Below, one piece after another: positions 9,840 through 21,446 of a DNA stretch of 64,000 bases. The stretch comes from an uncultured Planctomycetota bacterium. Its GTDB lineage: Bacteria > Planctomycetota > Planctomycetia > Isosphaerales > Isosphaeraceae. The notes under the pieces are model-generated. The model did not search any database and was not told the origin of the DNA. It saw only the letters and a program-made list of their open reading frames with translations. Each line of letters begins with the position of its first letter. The stretch's first letter is position 1. The stretch spans positions 2,112,001 to 2,176,000 of the forward strand of contig CAWGMQ010000010.1 in NCBI GenBank assembly GCA_963823665.1. Direction: 5' to 3'. The translations under genes and the position numbers were made by a program.

Positions 9840-10217
9840 ACATGAGGCAACAGAGTCAACGAAGACCGGAGCGGAGAACGAAGGTTCAACACAAGTGGAC
9901 CAGCTTGTCCGATCCCAGCACTTCACGCTGAGCTCGGGGATGGGGACAGCTGTGTCCGGTGAATTCACTGATTTTGAACAGGAGGTAACCGAGTTAACGG
10001 AGACCGGAGCCGACAACGCAGGTTGAGTTCAAGCATTTATGATTCTTCGGAGGCATTTCCAAATCTCCACCTGGCGAGAGCGGCGCTACGGGAAAATGAT
10101 CGGCCGGTCGTGCTTAATTGCCACCGCACAAGGTTCCAACAGGCATTCGAACAGGTTCGCGCCGTTCGCGTCTCGGAAGCAATCGTAAAGCGACTCGGCC
10201 CGTCCGCCGTCCTCGGA

Positions 10218-12020
10218 GGGGGAAGCGAGACACCCACCCTCTTGAGCGGGTTCCTTGTGAAGCCAGGCTCGCGTGACTCTCATTGTTTCGCACCCCGCGA
10301 TTGCTCGGTGCCCTGCGGCATTGCGGCAGACGAAGCGTGCAGCTCGTACTTTACCACGCTCGGCCAGCGAGCGTATGCGCTTGCGTAAATCGCCAGCGCT
10401 TCCACGCGTCGGTTGCTGCGAACCGCTCGATATCGACGGCGTTGCTTCGTCGCTCGCCGCGCGGTCGAACGGAACGACGTTCACCCGCCTCGAATCCAAT
10501 CGAATTCAGCGTCTGCCGCTACGACCAGCGCTAGCGAGCAAGCCACTCACTTACAGAAACGCGACGTGCGCGGCCGCCTTCCCCTGAAGCCAGCGCCGCG
10601 AGCAACGCGGCGCAGCTTGCACAAGCGAGCTCGCTCGACCTGCGGCTTGCTTGAACATGCGACCGAAGTCACGCACCGTGTCCACCCAATTCGATCGGTC
10701 CACTCCCAGCCGGTCCAGGATCGGAGCCAGGTCTTCAGGGATCGCCCCACGCTTGTCCAGCCTCAATTCGCGGCCCGTCCAATCGAGCAGCATGACGTAC
10801 TTTCTGGTCTCGATCGGCAGAAACCCTTGATCCGACGCCCGCGCAGGCAGCGGCCGTTTCGACTCCGCCTGTCGCGGCACGGCCGAGACCGCGGCCGAAG
10901 AGCGAGCAGGTGCCGAACGTCCCGCGCCATCCTCATGGTTGCTCGCGATCGGTTCGCCCGGCGGAACCGTTTCTAACGCTTCAGCCGGCGAGCTTCCGGA
11001 CTGCCCCGTTCTGGAAACGACCTCCGTCTCCCGCAACGTCAGTTCGCACAGCCAGGGATCCGGGCGATCAGAAGTTTCGGCCGAGCTCTCATCGTGCGAT
11101 GAATGGAATCCACCCGGAGGTCCGGCGAAGCTCAGAATGCGGTCACACCCCGACGTGAATTGCGATTCCTCCGGCGTACTGGCGATTCCGGCCCGTATCG
11201 GGTTGAGGTCGACATAGACGCTGCAAGCCAGAAGCGCTGACTCATCGAGAAGCGGCTGCGATTTGAACCGGCCGGCCCAAAATCTGCCGGCGGACTTCTC
11301 TTCGTGATTGGCCGCCCGGGCGACCCATTCGCACAAGCACCTCATGAACCACGATAGACTCGACAGCCGGCCGCGCAGGATCGCCAGCCTGTCAGCGTCG
11401 GCCGTGAGCATCGCCAAGTCGAGGTCGTCGGGTTCTGCTGGCTCGCCCGTAACGTCGTCACGTAGCGGAAATAGCTTGCGCAGCGCAGCGCAACTTCAGC
11501 GTCGGACCACTGCTCGACACTGTCCGGTCGATTGCGGAGCACGAGATGCAGGTGGTTGCTCATAATGGCATAACCGCACACCTCGACGCCGAAGAGTCCG
11601 GCGAGGTGGCGAGGCCGATCGAGAATCCAGGCCTTACGGTGAGAGTAATCACGACCGGAGTAGGTGTCGGTGCCGCAAAGAAAAGCTCTTCGAACGCAGC
11701 GAGCGATGCAGTGATAAACGCCGACGCACTCCTCGTGGACGATGTCGCGGCGGGCAGAGGCAGGCACGTAAGGCTCCATCACCGGGCAGGCGCAGCACAT
11801 TAGCGAATGTATTCACCAGAACAGTAATGGACAAAAATACCAAAAGTGGTACGGGTGTCAAGGGCGTAACGAAAAAACTCGACGGCGAGGACAGCATGCT
11901 CGGAGCTAACCAGGAGTTGCGCGGGTCACTACCGCAACTCCTCCGGGACGACCCCGGTGGTGGCATCTGGACCTGCATGCCAGCTTCCCATGAGATCAAT
12001 TCATGGGTGTCTGCCATCCC
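10218..12020 (-). mobile_element. HUH (Y1/RAYT-like) transposase unit, copy 1, with REP-like inverted ends
   Basis: Whole span is homologous to 21447-22582; left end GGGGAAGCGAGACACCCACC and right end ATGGGTGTCTGCCATCCC are imperfect inverse complements. Confidence 0.7.
10551..11767 (-). CDS. Y1/RAYT-family HUH transposase (frameshift near 11485)
   Basis: YHCIARCVRRAFLCG, CGYAIMSNHLHLVL (HUH), LSSLSWFMR, GRFWAGRFKSQ and YVDLNPIRAG, spread over two ORF-track frames. Confidence 0.85.
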
Positions 12021-12670
12021 GTTGAATGGACGTGTTTGCACGGTTTTATCTGGCCGATTCGGGCTCGGTAGAGGACGCAGTGTGGCGGCTCTCGCCGCGC
12101 GGTTGGATAGCCTCTTGTCCGTTTCAATTCTGGGCCGTCTTCCGCTTGATTTACCCTCTCGACCCAATCCGGAGGCATCTCCACCGGCCAACGCGCTAGT
12201 AACGACTGTTCCTCCGGCGTTCCCTGACACCGTCGCCACAAACTCGACCACCGCCACTCTTCCGCTCGCAGAACAAAATTCGCGCGCAACGCATTGCGCT
12301 CAACGTACCGCGCGACAACCCAGAAATGTCCATCAGTCTCCACAGGGAACGACTTGTACCGGCCCTGGTACACGTGGCCCAGACCCGCATAGCCGCGATT
12401 CTGTTGCCATCGCCGCACGTGCGTGGCTCTCAGGCGTTGCATGAACGCCGCCAACTCTCCGTCATTTTCCGGCCAAACAAGCAGATGCCAGTGGTTCGGC
12501 ATCAGGGCGTACGCACATATCCGCGTCGCTGATTCATCGACGGTTTCCCGCAGGATAAGCTCGAACGCTTGGTAAACCGTCGCCTTCTCGGACAATTGCA
12601 TGCGGGCCACGCCACGATTCAGAACGTGATAGACCAACCCACCCGGAGCGACTCGCGCTGCTCGCGGCAT
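11996..12670 (-). CDS. REP-associated tyrosine transposase (RAYT, Y1_Tnp); C-terminus probably disrupted
   Basis: MPRAARVAPGGLVYHVLNRG, AYALMPNHWHLLV, GHVYQGRYKSFPV, RYVERNALRA and WRWSS. Confidence 0.88.
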   Translation of the reverse strand: MPRAARVAPGGLVYHVLNRGVARMQLSEKATVYQAFELILRETVDESATRICAYALMPNHWHLLVWPENDGELAAFMQRLRATHVRRWQQNRGYAGLGHVYQGRYKSFPVETDGHFWVVARYVERNALRANFVLRAEEWRWSSLWRRCQGTPEEQSLLARWPVEMPPDWVERVNQAEDGPELKRTRGYPTARREPPHCVLYRARIGQIKPCKHVHSTGWQTPMN

Positions 12671-12975
12671 GATTCCATCGTGGACCAACTCCCCCAATTT
12701 GTCAATATGGGACCTGTCCCCGTTTCCCCTGTCCCCGTTTCCCCCGTCGGTGATTCATCGACGGTTTCCCGCAGGATAAGCTCGAACGCTTGGTAATCCG
12801 TCGCCTTCTCGAACAATTGCATGCGGGCCACGCCACGATTCAGAACATGATAGACCAACCCACCCGGAGCCACTCGCGCTGTTCGCGGCATGATTCCATC
12901 GTGGACCAACTCCCCCAATTTGTCAATATGGGACCTGTCCCCGTTTCCCCTATGGGACCTGTCCCCGTTTCCCCC
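12530..12975. repeat. Tandem duplication of the RAYT 5' end (offset 221) with REP-like ATGGGACCTGTCCCCGTTTCCCC units
   Basis: 12530-12730 matches 12751-12951; the motif occurs at ~12707, ~12928 and ~12952, with a partial copy at ~12728. Confidence 0.88.
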
Positions 12976-13561
12976 CGGCCCCTTCTTATCTGCGTCGTTC
13001 AGCGTCCTCTGCGGACGACTCTTCTCCATCTACATGACGATGATCGGCCGCTCGTGCTCAATTGCCACCGCACAAAGTTCCAGCAGGCATTCAAACAGGT
13101 TCGCGCCGTTCGCGTCTCGGAAGCAATCGTAAAGCGACTCGGCGGTTCCGCCTTCCTTGGAGGTGCCGTTGAGGCCTTCTCCGTTCCTTGCAGGTGGCAA
13201 CTCGCGAAACGCGGCTGCGATCTCTTGAAGCTGCCGCCCGAACGGCCCGACGTCGTTCGGTGACCATTCCAATGTGGTCGTGCAGCCGCTTGCGTGGTGG
13301 AAGCGTTCTTGAGCGCACTTGCAAAGCGACCCGGCTACCGTGCGCGCTTCCGCGACGCGTTGAAAAGCGCCCTTCATCCGTTCCGATGGCAGCTCCCGAA
13401 ATGCGGCCGCGATCTCGCTTCCGGCTGCTGGCCCGGCTCTGCCGGACGGGATTGGTTACCCGCAGGGTTCCAGTAAAAGGTTTCACATCGGAATGATCCT
13501 CCTTTCCGAGCTTCTGGGTGCAATGTCTGTCTTCCCCTCTGTCTTCCACCGCTTGCCCGGA

Positions 13562-14083
13562 TCACTCCAAGCCTAGAGACTTCGCTGCTTCCCGCATCTC
13601 CATCGTCACCGGGTCTTGCGCGAAGGGAAACCAGATCTGATCCGCAGCGTCTTCAAACTGTCGCCTTACGTCGGAATACCGCTGGGCAGCAGCCTTGGCT
13701 TGATCTGCAGCCTCGAGATAAATTCGCCGGTCTCTCAGTTCGATGGTGTAGAAGCGGCTCCGAAGGGAAGATCGCCGCAGCCTGGCAGGATCTCTCTGCA
13801 CCGTCGGGGAACGCTTGCCCTCGGTACGCTCCGCAGCCATTTGCGCTGATAGATGCTCGAGAGACTGTGCTACGCGGTCGGCCGTCGCCCGGTAGAACGA
13901 CTCGTTTGCGATCTCAAGCTTCTCGAGCGTAGCCAATTGCGAGGCTCGTTTTCGACAGGATGATTGCACTTGCTTGAACCTGAAGGCATCGACGAGCGTT
14001 CCGAACGCGACGGCGATCAGGGCCACCGCCGTCATGAGCTGGAGCACCGTAAGCCTCAAGCGTGCTGACCGCATGTGCCGCAC
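13562..14083 (-). CDS. Hypothetical protein with N-terminal membrane anchor and helical/coiled-coil body
   Basis: RLRLTVLQLMTAVALIAVAFG resembles the planctomycete 'RFTxxxLMxxVA' N-terminus. Confidence 0.6.
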   Translation of the reverse strand: MRHMRSARLRLTVLQLMTAVALIAVAFGTLVDAFRFKQVQSSCRKRASQLATLEKLEIANESFYRATADRVAQSLEHLSAQMAAERTEGKRSPTVQRDPARLRRSSLRSRFYTIELRDRRIYLEAADQAKAAAQRYSDVRRQFEDAADQIWFPFAQDPVTMEMREAAKSLGLE

Positions 14084-14718
14084 TCACGAGAAGTTCGGCA
14101 AAATCGCGCGCGGCCCCTCGGCGCGAGCGTTCGGCCGTTGATGGAAGGTCGATTCCGCCCGGGAGAATGGGTTGGTCGGAAGGGTCCGACTCTGAAAAGA
14201 ATTAATGTAATATACCTCCGTCCTTCTGCGTAAGGACAAACCAGACCGAGGACCGCATTCAAGTGTCATCCACTCTCGAGCGGCGCCGTTTACGGAACCT
14301 CTCGGTAACTTCATGTCCCTGGGTATGCATCATTATTCTATGCGCGTTCGATCTCGGGAACAAATCAGCCCCGGAGACTTGGGGGCGCCAAGCTACGGCT
14401 TCTGTCGCTAGCCAATGCCGACAGCTAGCGTCGCACCCGACCGCCTTGGACCACGCATTGACAAACGCGGAGTATCTTTCCGGGTACAGGTCGCCTGCCT
14501 CGTCCGCTCACGGTTAATGTTCGTGCCTGAACTGGGCGCGTTTCCTCGCGGAGTACCGAGGCGGTCAACCCCCGGTAGCCTGGCTATCGATGCCCAGCGG
14601 CGACGCACGCCTCCCGGAGCACGTGTAGCCCGCGTGGGAAGTCTACGCTGGCCGTTGGGGGTGGTTCTCAAGCCCGGCCGCTGGTCGGCGGTCACGGCTG
14701 GGAGCGTCGACGTGGCCA

Positions 14719-17700
14719 CTAGATGGGCGGCGGAACAACCGGGCGCGGTGGGACTCCGTACTCTTGAATCACTTTGTCCAGGTCTTCCAAGATTTCAATA
14801 ATTGTCCGTGCAGAATCCTTCTTGTCCTGTACATCCTTTATTTCCGCAGCCAACCTGGCCAGCAGTTTCGGGTTTGTTGTTTCTTTGCTTTTTTGAACAA
14901 GCCAATTTAGGTCCTCGGTCATCTCCCCATTAACTGTGGTAATTGCATCGATTAAGTCAAGAATTAGCTGTTCTGTGACCTTGTTTGGTTCCCCTGGAAT
15001 CACCATGAGATCATCCATCTGCGGATCTGCCGGAACAACCATTTCGGGATCAGCGAGCAAGTTCGGTGGAGTCAGATTGAGGAGGGAGTTGCCCTCCGGA
15101 CCGAAGAGGTCCACGGGCAAGTCGGGAAGCTGTTCAGGCGCCGGCTGCTGGCTCGCGCTCGCAGTACTCGAGGGCGCGGCGACCACGGAACCGCCAAGGG
15201 CCAAGGCAGGTCCGACCGTGGTGCCTACGGTCACGCCTGCGCCAGATAATAGGACACTGGCAGGTCCGATCACATCTGGCGCGTTGCCCGAAACGTCCCT
15301 CTCGTCCGGCGGGTCGTTCCCAACGTAATTGAAGAGATTCGTTGTGCTGGACGTGAACAAGGCTGGGTCGAGACTTGTGAAGCGGCCAAGCTCCTCGTCG
15401 TAAGCCCTCGCCCGATCGTAATATCGTCCGGTTGTTGAATCATACTCCATCCCCGCAAACTTGAACCGATCCCCGTTGCTCGCGTTGGTCTCGGTCGTGA
15501 TGTTGCCGAAGCTGTCATACACCACGTGATCGAGCACCGAGCCAGCCGAACTCACCACGTCGCGAACCGAATCCAGCTTGTCGGTCAAGTACCACGCTGT
15601 CGTTCCCCCCGAGCTTGTTCGCGCGAGCAACTCGTCCACGACCGCGCCGTTGACCATCCCCGGGCCGGAGACGTAGCGCGTGAGCAGTGCGCCACCAGAG
15701 CCGTTGAAATCAGCGTAAGGGAAGGAATTCGCGCTCGTGCCGTTGTAAATAGTCCAGGTCGTCGAGCCGCCGGAATCCTGGATCCCGATCCGTTGGTCCA
15801 GAGCGTTATACGTGTACGTCGCAATCAGAGTCCCGCCCTGTTTCACTTCCGTCAAACGATTGCGATAATCGTACGTGTAGGTGGTGTACGTGCCACCGCT
15901 GTCCGCGCTTGTCATATTGCCCGCGCTATCATAGGTGTACGTGACCACGCCCGGCGAGGTCAGCGTCTCATTCATCACTGTCGTTGAGTACCCAGTCCCG
16001 GTTCTGCTCCCGTTGGCATCGTACGCGTAGGACTCGACCTGAGCTCCGCCCTTATATACGCTCGTGAGTTCATTGCCGTTGTCGTATGTATAAGTATATG
16101 TTCCCTCTGCATCCACCAAAGTTGTCACTCGGTTCGCATTGTCGTAGCTGTACACGTACGTAGCGAGCGCCGAGCCGCCCGAAACGTAATCCGTGATTGT
16201 CGTCTGCCTGTCAGCAGCGTCATAACCGTATGAGGTATTCACAGCGGTGCCACTGCCGCCGATCGTGCGCAATTGCGCAGAGATTTGGTTATTGGGCGCA
16301 TACGCCGTTACGATCTCCGGGCCGGACGTGCCGTTGTACGACGTCGTGATCGTGGTCAGCCGCTGGCCTGCGTCATACAAGTATGTCGTGATCCCAACAT
16401 TGCCCGAGACGTTGTCGGTTACGCTTGCCAGGTTGTTCTGCGGATTATACGTGGAGGTCAGCGTCACGCTCGGCTGGCCGGTTCCCGGGCCGGAAGTCGC
16501 CGAGGTGAGCTCATTGCCGCCCGAGTCATATGTAAACGTCAAGGTGGCATAGGCATCGTCGGCTCCGGTGAGCTCGATTATCGGCGTCGTACGTGTACGT
16601 AATTTTCTCGGCAGGCGATGCGCCAACCCAGGTTTCACCAGTCTGGTCCCCATCCGCATCGTAGGAATAGGTCGTGCGCCGGCCGTTCGCATCGGTCGTA
16701 TCCGTGAGCTCACCGTCATTGTCGTAGACGTAGGTCACCGTGGCGGAATTGGGCAAGGTCTCGGTCGTGACCCGATCGTCTGAATCGTAGGCCCACTGGG
16801 TTTTGTTGCCGTCCGGATCGGTCAAACTGATCTCCCGCCCGGCGGCGTCGTAGGCAATTACTGTCGTCCCGCCCGAGACGGGGCTGGTGATCGTCGTCGC
16901 CCTGTTCAGCGCGTCGTATTGAGTGGTCGTCGTATGGCTCAATCCGTCCGTCACCGTGATTTGATTGCCGCCCGAGTAGCCGTAGACGGTGGTGTCTCCC
17001 GAGATCGGAGTCGTGACCGTGGTCAGACGGTTCATCGAATCGTACGCATACGACGTTGTGTTATTATTGGCGTCGGTGACGGCGATCTGATTGCCAACCC
17101 CATCGAGCGTGATCGTCGTGGTATTCGAGTTGGCGTCAGTTTCTGCAATCAGCCGATCGTCCTTATCGTAAACGAACGAAACCACGGTGCCGCCACCGCT
17201 GCTCGCGGGATCCGATTCCGTCGATTCCCGTCCCGTGGCCGTGTACGAGTATGTTGTGGTGTTCCCCAGGGGGTCGGTCGAAGTGGCCACCCAGCCCCGA
17301 TTATCATACGTCGTGGTCGTGATCCGGTTCATTGCGTCATCAACCTGGATCACCTCCGAATCACCATCATAGGTCGTCGTGGTCCGGTTGCCGTTCAGCG
17401 GATCGATCACCACCGTTGGCCGGTCGAGCGCGTCGAAGACCGTGGTCGTGACGCGCCCCATCGGGTCTTTCACCGTCACCTGGTTGCCGTCCGAATCGTA
17501 TCCGTAGATAGTCTGCAAGTCCAATGGATCGGTCACGGTGGTGAGCCGGTTCATCGAATCATAGGCATAGGTGGTGGTGCGCGCCGTCCCGCCGCTCGGC
17601 GTCGGCTCCTGGTCCTTGGTCAGATTGCCTCCCGAATCGTAGGTCAGCGTCGTGATGTCGTTCAGCGCGTCGGTCGAGCCAGTCTCTCTATTCATCGCAT

Positions 17701-20617
17701 CGAACGAGTAGGTGGTCGCATTCCCCGCGCTATCGACTGACTTGATCACATTGCCTTGTGAATTAAAGGATTGGAGGTTTGTTGTCCCGTCAGGCAGTTG
17801 CACCGTCGTCAAGCGGTCCTGGCTATCGTATAGATAGGTCGTGGTATGATTATTCGCGTCAGTAAATGTGCTGAGCTGGCCGGTCGATGTGTAGGTCATC
17901 GTGGTCAGGTTCGTCAGCGCATCCTCGACGACGGTGAGGTTCCCGGAGCTGTACGTGTAGCTCGTCGTGTTCCCATCAGCGTTGGTGAACGTGAGCGGCT
18001 CGGCATCGCTGTTGTAGGTGTAGTTTTCCTCGTTTGTATCTTCGTAGATAATGCTGACCACGTTGCCCTTGGAGTCATAGCCAAACTGCGTATTCCGATT
18101 AACCTGGTCCACGGTCACGGTCGCCAGGCCGTTGGAATTCCTGTCGAAGAGCTGATCGTTGCCCAGGGGATCGATGATGTTGCCGGGCAACCCCATGCCC
18201 ATCCAGTCGGGCTGAATGGTCGTCGTGTTGCTATTCGGGCTCGTGTACGTGCTGCCCGCCACGGCGAGCAGTGTACTCGGAGCCGGGCTGCCCGACGTGC
18301 CGCTGTTCGTCCAGCCTGCCTCCTGGTCGTTGGTAAAGTCCTCGGTTGTGCTATCTGGCCGGTTCACCGAGCTTACACGCCCACCAGAATCGTAGTTTAT
18401 GGTGGCGGTGTGCGAAAGCGGGTCGGTTATCTGAGTCAGTTTTCCACCCGACGCGTAGCTATAGCCCCAGGTGCTGGCGTCTGGCAATTCCGCCTGGGTC
18501 AGGTTTCCACCAGAATGAGTGAGCGTGGTGAAGCGCGAGGCTGGGTCTTCGATGCTCTGGAGATAGCCACCGCTGTACGTGAAGGTTGTGAACTTGCCGA
18601 GGTAATCTTCGATCGTGGTCAGGTTGCCGCCGCTGTAGGAGAACGTGGTGTGATTTCCGTTCAAGTCGATGATGGCCGTCTCCGAGCCGCCGGAATTGAA
18701 CTTGATTTGCGTGCCATCGGTCAGGGTGCGAGTCCATCCACCCCCCGAATTGCTGACCAGCGTCGAGAACTCACCGGCGGGGTCGGTATAAGTGCCGCCG
18801 CCGCTGCCGCCGGTGGCAAACCACAGCGAGCGGCCGTTGTCGCCCAGATCAAGAATCACACCGCCTGTTGCAGACGTGATCTGCTCCAAACCCTGCAACG
18901 TCCAGCCAGCGCCAAATTCGTTGCTCGAGTAGTTGAGCAGATTCGTCTCGCCACTGTATGTCAAAGTCGCCACCCCCGACCCGATATCCACCACCTGCGC
19001 CGAGTAGGTGTACCGGCCGGTGCTCAGCGAGGTCGCATTGGTCGCCTGGAGGTTGATCTGCTGCACGTCTCCCGTGTTCAGCGTACTCGTACTGGTGGAG
19101 GTGTTGTAGTAATAGGTCGTGAGCGGCGTGCTGCCGTTGAAGGTGAGCTGGGCGCTCACCTGGCTCGGCACCGTGGCAGGAATCGTGTTCTCGACCGTCA
19201 CGATGGGCTCCGGTTGCGCCGTCAGCGAATCATACGTCAATGCGAGTGCGGGCACATTCGGGTTGTAGCTCGGCAGGTCAATCTCGGTGTCGAGCGACCC
19301 ACTGTTCGCATCGACCGACGCGTTGTCACTTGGAAATGAGGGCGAAGACAGAAGCTGCTGGCTCGGCGCCAGCGAGGTCGCCCAGGAGGCATTCGTGCCG
19401 CCGCCCGATGGGCCGCTAACCGGCCCTCCCGGCGGCATCCAAAAATCGTACGTGTACGTCAGGGTTTGTAAGGAAGTATCCGTCACCGAAAGAGTCACCG
19501 AGGTGGAATGACCGTACCCAGCCTCGTTGGTGTTGTCCCACCGGAAGTTGAGCTGGTCGGTGCTGGTGCCGGAGATGGAAGTTGCTGGCAAGCCACTTGT
19601 GTTCCAACTGTACGTCGATACAGTAGCGCCAGAAACCTGCGCGATCAAATCCACCCAGCCGTCGAGCGTGGCGAGCTGTTCGACACCCGGCTGCAACACG
19701 ACGCCGGATTGATTATCCAGCACATAAAGCCCAAAGGGAGCCGAAACGCCCGGTGTGAAGCCGGCGTAGTTGCCGGTCACCGGGTCCGGTGTCGAACCTG
19801 GAGGCGGAGTGCTCCCACCCGATGGAGTCGAACCCGGGTCGGTAGCCGGGCTGAGCGTGACGCCACCGCCGCCGCCCTGGTTGCTCTCGCCGGAAGCAGC
19901 GCCGGCTCCGGCGTGGACGAGCGAGATCTTCGCAACCGGCGGAGCGCCGCCCGTGCCGGGTGATGCGATCTGAGTGCCGGCGCCGCTGGCGCCCGCAACA
20001 GCCGCCAACAATGCGGCCGAAGCGCCACCACCGGCGCTCGCGGCCGGAGTGGATGCAGGTAATCGCAACGGCGTGATGGCACCGCGCGCGGCGTTCTGCG
20101 TTCCGCGCGATGCGCTCGCTCCACCGCGCGGTGCCTGCGCCGGCCCGCCACCTGGTCCCTTGGCTGCATGCCACGGCTTCGAGATTCCCTGGTCGACCGC
20201 CGGCTTGGCGCTCAATGTGAGCCAATTGTTCGAAGCTTCACTGCTGGAGCGGCGCCCGACCGCGCCGGACGCTTCAGCCGCAGAGGAACCACCCGTCCCC
20301 GCGATCTGACCAATAGCGAGCGCGTCAATCGACCTCAGCAGCTTGGCTGGAAGTGCGTACGGCTTCCTGCTGGATCCGCCCGCCTTCTTTACCGCGTCCT
20401 TGGCTGCCGTAAGCATGTTGAGTGCGCGATTCGCGCCATCGGGATACATGAACCCAAGCGCGATCAAGTTGCGGAGGGCGTTCGTCGCCACCCCCACAAG
20501 GCTGATGGGTTCGGTGATCTGCGTCCTCGACTCAAGCCGGTCCAGGCGATCCACATTCCGGCGAAGCATCCGGCGGCGGCGTTCGGTATATCCGATGTGC
20601 AGGCGGAAGAGACCCAT
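14719..20617 (-). CDS. RHS/YD-repeat protein 1 (single frameshift at ~16576)
   Basis: Many TTTYxYD repeats; RHS core YLTDKLDSVR..YDSFG..FKFAGMEYD..YYDRARAYD..GRFTSLDP..NLFNYVGNDP. One extra base versus paralog 2 splits the ORF. Confidence 0.9.
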
Positions 20618-21446
20618 GGCGCACTCCCTGAAATAGTGCGGAGACATTGCCCCGCGCCGTCCTTCCCGCTGTTGGGGCTGGTTCGGGACGTATGAGGATG
20701 CGATGCGAACGACCGATAGAAGCGATCAGGTACGAGGGCAAAACACGTGCGTAGAGGCAAGCCGTCACACGTCGTGACACCGGCCGCCCGAGTGAATTCT
20801 CGAACGGGAAGCTGATCGGCGAACGTATGTGCTGCCTTCAGCGGCGTGCCGATCTAGAAAAATGTGGGCTCTCTATATTATATACGGACATGAGAAATGC
20901 CGAGTGTTTCATGATTCCGGAAAACTTTTTCATTTTGACGTAAAGTTTCGTTAAAAGGGCCCCAGCGAATTGCCGCGGAGGAACGCTCGGAGCTCCGGAA
21001 CGACTCGGTGCAAAAAGTCCCGCACGCAGCCCGGCCTCACGCCTAGCTCGCGCGCAATCGCCGCCGAAGTCTTGAGCTCGATGAATCGATCCGTGGCGTT
21101 GCTTGTGTGCCTGCGCAGAATGGGCGGTGCGCACAACGGCCGAGGCAGATGAGATCGTCTTAATTCATCACGTGTTTAACAAGGCCCCCGCGTCCCTGCG
21201 AAACCAAGCCGCTCGCAGGGAGTGAGCATTCCCTACTCCATTGACCCCGAGTGAGGAAACGCTCGCGAAAGCACCTACCCCATGCCTAAAAGAGCAGAGA
21301 ACGGTATTGAAGCGATTTCTCGCAGTGAAATCAATAGGACAGAAAAAGAATTCCGCAAGATGAAAACGCCAAGCGGCGGCGAGCCGGAGAAAGCTCTTCA
21401 ACCGGGTTGGGGGAAGCGAGACACCCACCCTCTGTGAGGGGGAAGC

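Larger units (their letters stand above)
8726..10153. repeat. Tandem duplication of the GxxExxY locus: 8726-8870 recurs at ~9587-9734 and 9138-9550 recurs at 9741-10153
   Basis: Near-identical sequence by direct reading; offset 603 for the downstream block; identical shadow ORFs at 9138/9741 and 9220/9823. Confidence 0.9.

Noticed and set aside
9233..10024. Four ~51-bp repeats suggesting a CRISPR array
   Set aside because: Spacing is 138/465/138, the intervening sequences are duplicated rather than unique, and no cas genes are present; the locus duplication explains the pattern.
13562..14083. Immunity protein for RHS1
   Set aside because: It lies more than 600 bp downstream and has a generic planctomycete membrane-anchored N-terminus; only position supports the idea.
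16526..16719. Programmed frameshift or two separate RHS genes
   Set aside because: Paralog RHS2 is continuous at this position and no slippery sequence is visible; a one-base error is simpler.
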